DNA of 64,000 nt, taken from the human T2T-CHM13v2.0 reference genome, Homo sapiens. The notes under the pieces are model-generated. The model worked only from the letters and a program-made list of their open reading frames with translations, was not told where the DNA came from and did not search any database. Within the stretch, counting starts at the first letter, position 1. Each line of letters begins with the position of its first letter. The stretch lies in NCBI RefSeq assembly GCF_009914755.1, contig NC_060927.1; one strand, written 5' to 3'. Positions 14,201 through 30,900 of the stretch are shown here, one piece after another. A program made the translations under genes and the position numbers.

Positions 14201-17200
14201 ATTACATCAAATATATATTAGGTACATAAAATATGAAAGTACATCAAATATAGATTATATACTGTACATTAAGTACCAAAGTACACCAAATATATATTTT
14301 ATACTCTACATGAAATATCAAAGTTCACAAACCATATATTATATACTGTGCATAAAATATCAAAGTACCCAAGGTATATATTCTATACTGTACAAAAAAT
14401 ATCAAAGTACCCAAAGCATGAATTATATACTATACATAAAATATGAAATTACATCAAATATATATTTTATTCTGTACATAAAATATCAAAGTACACCAGA
14501 TATATATTCTATAGAGTACATAAAATATCAAAGTACCCAAACTATACATTATATACTGTACATAAAATGTGAAATTACATCAAATATATATTATATTAGG
14601 TACATAAAATATGAAAGTACATCAAATATAGATTATATACTGTACATTAAATACCAATATACCCCAAATATATATTTTATAGTGTACATGAAATATCAAA
14701 GTTCACACACTATATATTATATACTGTACATAAAATATCAAAGTACCCAAGGTATATATTCTATACTGTACAAAAAACATCAAAGTACCCAAAGCATGTA
14801 TTATATACTGTACATAAAATATGAAAGTACATCAAATATATATTTTATTCTGTACATAAAATATCAAAGTACACCAGATATATATTCTATAGTGTACATA
14901 AAATAACAAAGTACCCAAACTATACATTATATACTGTACATAAAATATGAAATTACATCAAATATATATTATATTAGGTACATAAAATAAGAAAGTACAT
15001 CAAATATAGATTATATACTGTACATAAAATATCAAAGTACCCCAAATATATATTATATACTCTACATGAAATATCAAAGTTCACAAACTATATATTATAT
15101 ACTGTACATAAAATATCAAAGTACCCAAGGTATATATTCTATACTGTACAAAAAATATCAAAGTATCCAAAGCATTATTTATATACTGTATATAAAATAT
15201 GAAAGTACATTAAAGATATATTTTATTCTGTACATAAAATATCAAAATACACCAGATATATATTCTATAGTGTACATAAAATAACAAAGTACACAAACTA
15301 TAAATTATATACTGTACATAAAATATGAAATTACATCAAATATATATTAGGTACATAAAATATGAAAGTACATCAAATATAGATTATATACTGTACATAT
15401 AATATCAATGTACCCCAAATATATATTTTATACTCTACATGAAATATCAAAGTTCACAAACCATACATTATATACTGTACATAAAATATCAAAGTACCCA
15501 AGTTATATATTCTATACTGTACAAAAGATATCAAAGTACCCAAAGCATGTATTATATACTGTATATAAAATATGAAAGTACATCAAATATATATTATATA
15601 CTGTACATAAAATATCAAAGTACACCAGATATATATTTTATAGTGTACATAAAATATCAAAGTACCCAAACTATACATTATATACTGAACATAAAATATG
15701 AGATTACATCAAATATATATTATATTAGGTACATAAAATATGAAAGTACATCAGATATAGATTATATACTGTACATACAATATCAAAGTACCCCAAATAT
15801 ATATTATATACTCTACATGAAATATCAAAGTTCACAAACTATATATTATATACTGTACATAAAATATCAAAGTACCCAAGGTATATATTCTATACTGTAC
15901 AAAAAATATCAAAATACCCAAAGCATGTATTATATACTGTATATAAAATATGAAAATACATTAAATATATATTTTTTCTGTACATAAAATATCAAAGTAC
16001 ACCAGATATATATTCTATAGTGTACATAAAATAACAAAGTACACAAACTATAAATTATATACTGTACGTAAAATATGAAATTACATCAAATATATATTAG
16101 GTACATAAAATATGAAAGTACATCAAATATAGATTATATACTGTACATATAATATCAATGTACCCCAAATATATATTTTATACTCTACATGAAATATCAA
16201 AGTTCACAAACCATACATTATATACTTTCCATAAAATATCAAAGTACCCATGGCATATATTCTATACTGTACAAAAGATATCAAAGTACCCAAAGCATGT
16301 ATTATATACTGTACATAAAATATGAAAGTACATCAAATATATATTTTATTCTGTACATAAAATATGAAAGTACACCAGATATATATTCTATAGTGTACAT
16401 AAAATATCAAAGTACCCAAACTATATATTATATACTGTACATAAAATATGAAATTACATCAAATATGTATTATATTAGGTACTTAAAATATGAAAGTACA
16501 TCAAATATAGATTATATACTGTACATAAAATATCAAAGTACCCCAAATATATATTATATACTGTACATGAAATATCAAAGTTCACAACTATATATTATAT
16601 ACTGTACATAAAATATCAAAGTCCCCAAGGTATATATTCTATACTGTACAAAAAATATCAAAGTACACAAAGCATGTATTATATACTGTACATAAAATAT
16701 GAAATTACATCAAATATATATTATATTAGGTACATAAAATATGAAAGTACATCAAATATAGATTATATACTGTACATAAAATATCAAATTATCCCAAATA
16801 TATATTATATACTGTACATGTAATATCAAAGTTCACAACTATATATTACATACTGTACATAAAATATCAAAGTACCCTAGGTATATATTCTATACTGTAC
16901 AAAAAATATCAAAGTACCCAAAGCATGTATTATATACTGTACATAAAATATGAAAGTACATCAAATATATATTTTATTCTGTACATAAAATATCAAAGTA
17001 CACCAGATATATATTCTATAGTGTATATAAAATATCAAAGTACCCAAACTATACATTATATACTGTACATAAAATATGAAATTACATCAAATATATATTA
17101 TATTAGGTACATAAAATATGAAAGTACATGAAGTATAGATTATATACTGTACATAAAATATCAAAGTACCCCAAATTTATATTATATACTATACATGAAA

Positions 17201-20200
17201 TATCAAAGTTCACAAACTATATATTATATACTGTACATAAAATATCAAAGTACCCAAGGTATATATTCTATAGTGTACAAAAAATATCAAAGTACCCAAA
17301 GCATGTATTATATACCGTACATAAAATATAAAATTACATCAAATATATATTTTATTCTGTACATAAAATATCAAAGTACACCAGATATATATTCTATAGA
17401 GTACATAAAATATCAAAGTACCCAAACGATACATTACATACTGTACATAAAATATGAAATTACATCAAATATATATTATAATAGGTACATAAAATATGAA
17501 AGTACATCAAATATAGATTATATACTGTACATTAAATACGAAAGTACCCCAAATATATATTTTATACTGTACATGAAATATTAAAGTACCCAAGGTATAT
17601 ATTCTATACTGTACAAAAAATATCAAAGTACCCAAAACATGTATTACAAACTGTACATAAAATATGAAAGTCCATCAAATATATATTTTATTCTGTACAT
17701 AAAATATCAAAGTACACCAGATATATATTCTATAGTGTACATAAAATATCAAAGTACCCAAACTATACATTATATACTGTACATAAAATATGAAATTACA
17801 TCAAATATATATTATATTAGGTACATAAAATATGAAAGTACATCAAATATAGATTATATACTGTACATTAAGTACCAAAGTACCCCAAATATATATTTTA
17901 TACTGTACATGAAATATCAAAGTTCACAAACTATATATTATATACTGTACATAAAATATCAAAGTACCCAAGGTATATATTCTATACTGTACAAAAAATA
18001 TCAAAGTACCCAAAGCATGTATTATATACTGTACATAAAGTATGAAAGTACATCAAATATATATTTTATTCTGTACATAAAATATCGAGGTACACCAGAT
18101 ATATATTCTATAGTGTACATAAAATATCAAAGTACCCAAACTATAAATTATATACTGTACATAAAATATGAAATTACATCAAATATATATTATATTAGGT
18201 CCATAAAATATGAAAGGACATCAAATATAGATTATATACTCTACATTAAATACCAAAGTACCCCAAATATATATTTTATACTGTACATGAAATATCAAAG
18301 TTCACAAAGTATATATTATATACTGTACATAAAATATCAAAGTACCCAAGGTATATATTCTATACTGTACAAAAGATATCAAAGTATCCAAAGCATGTTT
18401 TACATACTGTACATAAAATATGAAAGTACATCATATATATATTTTATTCTGTACATAAAATATAAAAGTACACCAGATATATATTCTATAGTGTACATAA
18501 AATATCAAAGTACCCAAACTATACATTATATACTGTACATAAAATATGAAATTACATCAAATATATATTAAGTACATAAAATATGAAAGTACATCAAATA
18601 TGGATTATATACTGTACATAAAATATCAATGTACACCAAATATATATTATATACTCTGCATGAAATATCAAAGTTCACAAACTATATATTGTATACTGTC
18701 CATAAAATATCAAAGTACCCAAGGTATATATTCTATACTGTACAAAAAATATCAAAGTACCCAAAGCATGTATTATATACTGTACCTAAAACATGAAATT
18801 ACATCAAATATATATTTTATTCTGTACATAAAATATCAAAGTACACCAGATATATATTCTATAGTGTATATAAAATATCAAAGTACCCAAACTATACATT
18901 ATATACTGTACATAAAATATGAAATTACATCAAATATATATTATATTAGGTACATAAAATATGAAAGTACATCAAATATAGATTATATACTGTACATAAA
19001 ATATCAAAGTACCCCGAATATATATTATATACTCTACATGAAATATCAAAGTTCACAAACTATATATTATATACTGTACATAAAATATCAAAGTACCCAA
19101 GGTATATATTCTATACTGTACAAAAAATATCAAGGTACCCAAAGCATGTATTATATACTGTATATAAAATAAGAAAGTACATTAAATATATATTTTATTC
19201 TGTACATAAAATATCAAAGTACACCAGATATATATTCTATAGTGTACATAAAATAACAAAGTACACAAACTATAAATTATATACTGTACATAAAATATGA
19301 AATTACATCAAATATATATTAGGTACATAAAATATGAAAGTACATCAAATATAGATTATATACTGAACATATAATATCAATGTACCCCAAATATATATTT
19401 GATACTCTACATGAAATATCAAAGTTCAGAAACCATACATTATATACTGTACATAAAATATCAAAGTACCCAAGGTATATATTCTATACTGTACAAAAAA
19501 TATCAAAGTATCCAAAGCATGTATTATATACTGTATATAAAATATGAAAGTACATCAAATATATATTTTATTCTGTACATAAAATATCAAAGTACACCAG
19601 ATATATATTCTATAGTGTACATAAAATATCAAAGTACCCAAACTATACATTATATACTGTACATAAAATATGAAATTACAGCAAATATATTTTATATTAG
19701 GTACATAAAATATGAAAGTACATCAAATATAGATTATATACTGTACATTAAATACCAAAGTACCCCAAATATATATTTTATACTATACATGAAATATCAA
19801 AGTTCACAAACTATATATTATATACTGTACATAAAATATCAATGTACCCAAGGTATATATTCTATACTGCACAAAAAATATCAAAGTACCCAAAGCATGT
19901 ATTATATACTGTATATAAAATATGAAAGTACATCAAATATATATTTTATTCTGTACATAAAATATCAAAGTACACCAGATATATATTCTATAGTGTACAT
20001 AAAATATCAAAGTACCCAAACTATACATTATATACTGTACATAAAATATGAAATTACATCAAATATATATTATATTAGGTACATAAAATACGAAAGTACA
20101 TCAAATATAGATTACATACTGTACATAAAATATCAAAGTACCCCAATATATATTATATACTGTACATGAAATATCAAAGTTCACAAACTATATATTATAT

Positions 20201-23200
20201 ACTGTACATAAAATATCAAAGTACCCAAGGTATATATTCTATAGTGTACAAAAAATATCAAAGTACCCAAAGCATGTATTATATACCGTACATAAAATAT
20301 AAAATTACATCAAATATATATTTTATTCTGTACATAAAATATCAAAGTACACAAGATATATATACTATAGTGTACATAAAATATCAAAGTACCCAAACTA
20401 TACATTATACACTGTACATAAAATATGAAATTACATCAAATATATATTAGGTACATAAAATATGAAAGTACATCAAATATAGATTATATACTGTAAATAT
20501 AATATCAATGTACCCCAAATATATATTTTATACTCTACATAAAATATCAAAGTTCACAAACCATATATTATATACTGTACATAAAATATCAAAGTACCCA
20601 AGGTATATATTCTATACTCTACAAAAAATATCAAAGTACCCAAAGCATGTATTATATACTGTACATAAAATATGAAAGTACATCAAATATATATTTTATT
20701 GTGTACATAAAATATCAAAGTACACCAGATATATATTCTATAGTGTACATAAAATATCAAAGTACCCAAACTATACATTATATACTGTACATAAAATATG
20801 AAATTACATCAAATATATATTATATTAGGTACATAAAATATGAAAGTACATCAAATATAGATTATATACTGTAAATATAATATTAATGTACCCCAAATAT
20901 ATATTTTATACTCTACATGAAATATCAAAGTTCACAAACCATATATTATATACTGTACATAAAATATCAAAGTACCCAAGGTATATATTCTATACTGTAC
21001 AAAAAATATCAAAGTACCCAAAGCATGTATTATATACTGTACATAAAATATGAAAGTACATCAAATATATATTTTATTCTGTACATAAAATATCAAAGTA
21101 CACAAGATATATATTCTATAGTGTACATAAAACATCAAAATACCCAAACTATACATTATATACTGTACATAAAATATGAGATTACATCAAATATATATTA
21201 TATTAGGTACATAAAATATGAAAGTACATCAAATATAGATTATATACTGTACATAAAATATCAAAGTACCCCGAATATATATTATATACTCTACATGAAA
21301 TATCAAAGTTCACAAACTATATATTATATACTGTACATAAAATATCAAAGTACCCAAGGTATATATTCTAAACTGTACAAAAAATATCAAAGTACCCAAA
21401 GCATGTATTATATACTGTATATAAAATAAGAAAGTACATTAAATATATATTTTATTCTGTACATAAAATATCAAAGTACACCAGATATATATTCTATAGT
21501 GTACATAAAATAACAAAGTACACAAACTATAAATTATATACTGTATATAAAATATGAAATTACATCAAATATATATTAGGTACATAAAATATGAACGTAC
21601 ATCAAATATAGATTATATACTGAACATATAATATCAATGTACCCCAAATATATATTTGATACTCTACATGAAATATCAAAGTTCAGAAACCATACATTAT
21701 ATACTGTACATAAAATATCAAAGTACCCAAGGTATATATTCTATACTGTATAAAAAATATCAAAGTACCCAAAGCATGTATTATATACTGTACATAATAT
21801 ATGAAAGTACATCAAATATATATTTTATTCTGTACATAAAATATCAAAGTACACCAGATATATATTCTATAGTGTACATAAAATATCAAAGTACCCAAAC
21901 TATACATTATATACTGTACATAAAATATGAAATTACATCAAATATATATTAGGTACATAAAATATGAAAGTACATCAAATATATATTTTATTCTGTACAT
22001 ATAATATCAAAGTACACCAGATATATATTCTATAGTGTACATAAAATAACAAAGTACACAAACTATAAATTATATACTGTACATAAAATATGAAATTACA
22101 TCAAATATATATTAGGTACATAAAATATGAAAGTACATCAAATATAGATTATATACTGTACATATAATATCAATGTACCCGAAATATATATTTTATACTC
22201 TACATGAAATATCAAAGTTCACAAAACATATATTGTATACTGCACATAAAATATCAAAATACCCAAGGTATATATTCTATACTGTACAAAAAATATCAAA
22301 GTACCGAAAGCAGGTATTATATACTGTACATAAAATATGAAAGTACATCAAATATATATTTTATTCTTTACATAAAATATCAAAGTACACCAGATATATA
22401 TTCTATAGCGTACATAAAATATCAAAGTACACAAACTATACATTATATACTGTACATAAAATATGAAATTACATCAAATATATATTATATTAGGTACATA
22501 AAATATGAAAGTACATCAAATATAGATTATATACTGTACATTAAATACCAAAGTACCCCAAATATATATTTTATACTGAACATGAAATTTCAAAGTTCAC
22601 AAACTATATATTATATACTGTACATAAAATATCAAAGTACCCAAGGTATATATTCTATACTGTGCAAAAAATATCAAAGTACCCAAAGCATGTATTATAT
22701 ACTGTATATAAAATATGAAAGTACATCAAATATATATTTTATTCTGTACATAAAATATCAAAGTACACCAGATATATATTCTATAGTGTACATAAAATAT
22801 CAAAGTACCCAAACTATACATTATATACTGTACATAAAATATGAAATTACATCAAATATATATTATATTAGGTACATAAAATATGAAAGTACATCAAATA
22901 TAGATTATATACTGTACATTAAGTACCAAAGTACCCCAAATATATATTTTATACTGTACATGAAATATCAATGTTCACAAACTATATATTATATACTGTA
23001 CATAAAATATCAAAGTACCCAAGGTATATATTCTATACTGTACAAAAAATATCAAAGTACCCAAAGCATGTATTATATACTGTACATAAAGTATGAAAGT
23101 ACATCAAATATATATTTTATTCTGTACATAAAATATCGAGGTACACCAGATATATATTCTATAGTGTACATAAAATATCAAAGTACCCAAACTATAAATT

Positions 23201-26200
23201 ATATACTGTACATAAAATATGAAATTACATCAAATATATATTATATTAGGTACATAAAATATGAAAGTACATCAAATATAGATTATATACTCTACATTAA
23301 ATACCAAAGTACCCCAAATATATATTTTATACTGTACATGAAATATCAAAGTTCACAAAGTATATATTATATACTGTACATAAAATACCAAAGTACCCAA
23401 GGTATATATTCTATACTGTACAAAAGATATCAAAGTACCCAAAGCATGTATTATATACTGTACATAAAATATGAAAGTACATCATATATATATTTTATTC
23501 TGTACATAAAATATTAAAGTACACCAGATATATATTCTATAGTGTACATAAAATATCAAAGTACCCAAACTATACATTATATACTGTACATAAAATATGA
23601 AATTACATCAAATATATATTAAGTACATAAAATATGAAAGTACATCAAATATGGATTATATACTGTACATAAAATATCAATGTACACCAAATATATATTA
23701 TATACTCTACATGAAATATCAAAGTTCACAAACTATATATTGTATACTGTCCATAAAATATCAAAGTACCCAAGGTATATATTCTATACTGTACAAAAAA
23801 TATCAAAGTACCCAAAGCATGTATTATATACTGTACCTAAAATATGAAAGTACATCAAATATATATTTTATTCTGTACATAAAATATCAAAGTACACCAG
23901 ATATATATTCTATAGTGTATATAAAATATCAAAGTACCCAAACTATACATTATATACTGTACATAAAATATGAAATTACATCAAATATATATTATATTAC
24001 GTACATAAAATATGAAAGTACATCAAATATAGATTATATACTGTACATAAAATATCAAAGTACCCCAAATATATATTATATACTGTACATGTAATATCAA
24101 AGTTCACAACTATATATTACATACTGTACATAAAATATCAAAGTACCCAAGGTATATATTCTATACTGTACAAAAAATATCAAAGTACCCAAAGCATGTA
24201 TTATATACTGTACATAAAATATGAAAGTACATCAAATATATATTTTATTCTGTACATAAAATATCAAAGTACACCAGATATATATTCTATAGTGTATATA
24301 AAATATCAAAGTACCCAAACTATACATTATATACTGTACATAAAATATGAAATTACATCAAATATATATTATATTAGGTACATAAAATATGAAAGTACAT
24401 GAAGTATAGATTATATACTGTACATAAAATATCAAAGTACCCCAAATTTATATTATATACTATACATGAAATATCAAAGTTCACAAACTATATATTATAT
24501 ACTGTACATAAAATATCAAAGTACCCAAGGTATATATTCTATAGTGTACAAAAAATATCAAAGTACCCAAAGCATGTATTATATACCGTACATAAAATAT
24601 AAAATTACATCAAATATATATTTTATTCTGTACATAAAATATCATAGTACACCAGATATACATACTATAGTGTACATAAAATATCAAAGTACCCAAACTA
24701 TACATTATACACTGTACATAAAATATGAAATTACATCAAATATATATTAGGTACATAAAATATGAAAGTACATCAAATATAGATTATATACTGTAAATAT
24801 AATATCAATGTACCCCAAATATATATTTTATACTCTACATGAAATATCAAAGTTCACAAACCATATATTATATACTGTACATAAAATATCAAAGTACCCA
24901 AGGTATATATTCTATACTGAACAAAAAATATCAAAGTACCCAAAGCATGTATTATATACTGTACATAAAATATGAAAGTACATCAAATATATATTTTATT
25001 CTGTACATAAAATATCAAAGTACACCAGATATATATTCTATAGTGTACATAAAATATCAAAGTACCCAAACTATACATTATATAGTGTACATAAAATATG
25101 AAATTACATCAAATATATATTATATTAGGTACATGAAATATGAAAGTACATCAAATATAGATTATATACTGTACATAAAATATGAAAGTACCCCAAATAT
25201 ATATTATATACTCTACATGAAATATCAAAGTTCACAAACTATATATTATATACTGTACATAAAATATCAAAGTACCCAAGGTATATATTCTATACTGTAC
25301 AAAAAATATCAAAGTATCCAAAGCATGTATTATATACTGTATATAAAATATGAAATTACATCAAATATATATTTTATTCTGTACGTAAAATATCAAAGTA
25401 CACCAGATATATATTCTATAGTGTACATAAAATATCAAAGTACCCAAACTATACATTATATACTGTACATAAAATATGAAATTACAGCAAATATATATTA
25501 TATTAGGTACATAAAATATGAAAGTACATCAAATATAGATTATATACTGTACATTAAATACCAAAGTACCCCAAATATATATTTTATACTGTACATGAAA
25601 TATCAAAGTTCACAAACTATATATTATATACTGTACATAAAATATCAATGTACCCAAGGTATATATTCTATACTGCACAAAAAATATCAAAGTACCCAAA
25701 GCATGTATTATATACTGTATATAAAATATGAAAGTACATCAAATATATATTTTATTCTGTACATAAAATATCAAAGTACACCAGATATATATTCTATAGT
25801 GTACATAAAATAACAAAGTACACAAACTATAAATTATATCCTGTACATAAAATATGAAATTACATCAAATATATAGTAGGTACATAAAATATGAAAGTAC
25901 ATCAAATATAGATTATATACTGTACATAAAATATCAATGTACCCCAAATATATATTTTATACTCTACATGAAATATCAAAGTTCACAAACCATATATTAT
26001 ATACTGTACATAAAATATTAAAGTACCCAAGGTATATATTCTATACTATACAAAAAATATCAAAGTACCCAAAGCATGTATTATATACTGTACATAAAAT
26101 ATGAAAGTACATCAAATATATATTTTATTCTGTACATAAAATATCAAAGAACACTAGATATATATTCTATAGTGTACATAAAATATCAAAGTACCCAAAC

Positions 26201-27909
26201 TATACATTATATACTGTACATAAAATATGAAATTACATCAAATATATATTAGGTACATAAAATATGAAAGTACATCAAATATAGATTATATACTGTACAT
26301 AAAATATCAAAGTACCCCAAATATATATTATATACTCTACATGAAATATCAAAGTTCACAAACTATATATTATATACTGTACATAAAATATCAAAGTACC
26401 CAAGGTATATATTCTATACTGTACAAAAAATATCAAGGTACCCAAAGCATGTATTATATACTGTACATAAAATATGAAAGTACATCAAATATATATTTTA
26501 TTCTGTACATAAAATATCAAAGTACACCAGATATATATTCTATAGTGTACATAAAATAACAAAGTACCCAAACTATACATTATATACTGTACATAAAATA
26601 TGAAATTACATCAAATATATATTAGGTACATAAAATATGAAAGAACATCAAACATAGATTATATACTGTACAAAAAATATCAAAGTACCCCAAATATATA
26701 TTATATACTCTACATGAAATATCAAAGTTCACAAACTATATATTATATACTGTACATAAAATATCAAAGTACCCAAGGTATATATTCTATACTGTACAAA
26801 AAATATCAAGGTACCCAAAGCATGTATTATATACTGTACATAAAATATGAAAGTACATCAAATATATATTTTATTCTGTACATAAAATATCAAAGTACAC
26901 CAGATATATATTCTATAGTGTATATAAAATATCAAAGTACCCAAACTATACATTATATACTGTACATAAAATATGAAATTACATCAAATATATATTATAT
27001 TACGTACATAAAATATGAAAGTACATCAAATATAGATTATATACTGTACATAAAATATCAAAGTACCCCAAATATATATTATATACTGTACATGTAATAT
27101 CAAAGTTCACAACTATATATTACATACTGTACATAAAATATCAAAGTACCCAAGGTATATATTCTATACTGTACAAAAAATATCAAAGTACCCAAAGCAT
27201 GTATTATATACTGTACATAAAATATGAAAGTACATCAAATATATATTTTATTCTGTACATAAAATATCAAAGTACACCAGATATATATTCTATAGTGTAT
27301 ATAAAATATCAAAGTACCCAAACTATACATTATATACTGTACATAAAATATGAAATTACATCAAATATATATTATATTAGGTACATAAAATATGAAAGTA
27401 CATGAAGTATAGATTATATACTGTACATAAAATATCAAAGTACCCCAAATTTATATTATATACTATACATGAAATATCAAAGTTCACAAACCATACATTA
27501 TATACTGTACATAAAATATCAAAGTACCCAAGTTATATATTCTATACTGTACAAAAGATATCAAAGTACCCAAAGCATGTATTATATACTGTATATAAAA
27601 TATGAAAGTACATCAAATATATATTATATACTGTACATAAAATATCAAAGTACACCAGATATATATTTTATAGTGTACATAAAATATCAAAGTACCCAAA
27701 CTATACATTATATACTGTACATAAAATATGAGATTACATCAAATATATATTATATTAGGTACATAAAATATGAAAGTACATCAGATATAGATTATATACT
27801 GTACATAAAATATCAATGTACCCCAAATATATATTATATACTCTACATGAAATATCAAAGTTCACAAACTATATATTATATACTGTACATAAAATATCAA
27901 AGTACCCAA

Positions 27910-30900
27910 GGTATATATTCTATACTGTACAAAAAATATCAAAATACCCAAAGCATGTATTATACACTGTATATAAAATATGAAAATACATTAAATATAT
28001 ATTTTATTCTGTACATAAAATATCAAAGTACACCAGATATATATTCTATAGTGTACATAAAATAACAAAGTACACAAACTATAAATTATATACTGTACGT
28101 AAAATATGAAATTACATCAAATATATATTAGGTACATAAAATATGAAAGTACATCAAATATAGATTATATACTGTACATAAAATATCAATGTACCCCAAA
28201 TATATATTTTATACTCTACATGAAATATCAAAGTTCACAAACCATACATTATATACTTTCCATAAAATATCAAAGTACCCATGGCATATATTCTATACTG
28301 TACAAAAGATATCAAAGTACCCAAAGCATGTATTATATACTGTACATAAAATATAAAAGTACATCAAATATATATTTTATTCTGTACATAAAATATCAAA
28401 GTACACCAGATATATATTCTATAGTGTACATAAAATATCAAAATACCCAAACTATATATTATATACTGTACATAAAATATGAAATTACATCAAATATGTA
28501 TTATATTAGGTACATAAAATATGAAAGTACATCAAATATAGATTATATACCATACATAAAATATCAAAGTACCCCAAATATATATTATATACTATACATG
28601 AAATATCAAATATCACAAACTATATATTATATACTGTACATAAAATATCAAAGTACCCAATGTATATATTCTATAGTGTACAAAAAATATCAAAGTACCC
28701 AAAGCATGTATTATATACTGTACATAAAATATAAAAGTACATCAAATATATATTTTATTCTGTACATAAAATATCAAAGTACACCACATATATATTCTAT
28801 AGTGTACATAAAATATCAAAGTACCCAAACTATACATTATATACTGTACATAAAATATGAAATTACATCAAATATATATTATATTAGGTACTTAAAATAT
28901 GAAAGTACATCAAATATAGATTATATACTGTACATAAAATATCAAAGTACCCCAAATATATATTATATACTCTACATGAAATATCAAAGTTCACAAACTA
29001 TATATTATATACTGTACATAAAATATCAAAGTACCCAAGGTATATATTCTATACTGTACAAAAAATATCAAAGTATCCAAAGCATGTTTTATATACTGTA
29101 TATAAAATATGAAAGTACATTAAAGATATATTTTATTCTGTACATAAAATATCAAAATACACCAGATATATATTCTATAGTGTACATAAAATAACAAAGT
29201 ACACAAACTATAAATTATATACTGTACATAAAATATGAAATTACATCAAATATATATTAGGTACATAAAATATGAAAGTACATCAAATATAGATTATATA
29301 CTGTACATATAATATCAATGTACCCCAAATATATATTTTATACTCTACATGAAATATCAAAGTTCACAAACCATACATTATATACTGTACATAAAATATC
29401 AAAGTACCCAAGTTATATATTCTATACTGTACAAAAGATATCAAAGTACCCAAAGCATGTATTATATACTGTATATAAAATATGAAAGTACATCAAATAT
29501 ATATTATATACTGTACATAAAATATCAAAGTACACCAGATATATATTTTATAGTGTACATAAAATATCAAAGTACCCAAACTATACATTATATACTGTAC
29601 ATAAAATATGAGATTACATCAAATATATATTATATTAGGTACATAAAATATGAAAGTACATCAGATATAGATTATATACTGTACATAAAATATCAAGGTA
29701 CCCCAAATATATATTATATACTCTACATGAAATATCAAAGTTCACAAACTATATATTATATACTGTACATAAAATATCAAAGTACCCAAGGTATATATTC
29801 TATACTGTACAAAAAATATCAAAATACCCAAAGCATGTATTATATACTGTATATAAAATATGAAAGTACATCAAATATATATTTTATTCTGTACATAAAA
29901 TATCAAAGTACACCAGATATATATTCTATAGTGTACATAAAATATCAAAGTACCCAAACTATACATTATATACTGTACATAAAATATGAAACTACAGCAA
30001 ATATATATTATATTAGGTACATAAAATATGAAAGTACATCAAATATAGATTATATACTGTACATTAAATACCAAAGTACCCCAAATATATATTTTATACT
30101 GTACATGAAATATCAAAGTTCACAAACTATATATTATATACTGTACATAAAATATCAATGTACCCAAGGTATATATTCTATACTGCACAAAAAATATCAA
30201 AGTACCCAAAGCATGTGTTATATACTGTATATAAAATATGAAAGTACATCAAATATATATTTTATTCTGTACATAAAATATCAAAGTACACCAGATATAT
30301 ATTCTATAGTGTACATAAAATATCAAAGTACCCAAACTATACATTATATACTGTACATAAAATATGAAATTACATCAAATATATATTATATTAGGTACAT
30401 AAAATACGAAAGTACATCAAATATAGATTATATACTGTACATAAAATATCAAAGTACCCCAATATATATTATATACTGTACATGAAATATCAAAGTTCAC
30501 AAACTATATATTATGTACTGTACATAAAATATCAAAGTACCCAAGGTATATATTCTATACTGTACAAAAAATATCAAAGTACCCAAAACATGTATTATAT
30601 AATGTACATAAAATATGAAAGTACATCAAATATATATTTTATTCTGTACATAAAACATCAAAGAACACCAGATATATATTCTATAGTGTACATAAAATAT
30701 CAAAGTACCCAAACTATACATTATATACTGTACATAAAATATGAAATTACATCATATATATATTAGGTACATAAAATATGAAAGTACATCAAATATATAT
30801 TTTATTCTGTACATAAAATATCAAAGTGCACCAGATATATATTCTATAGTGTACATAAAATAACAAAGTACACAAACTATAAATTATATACTGTACATAA

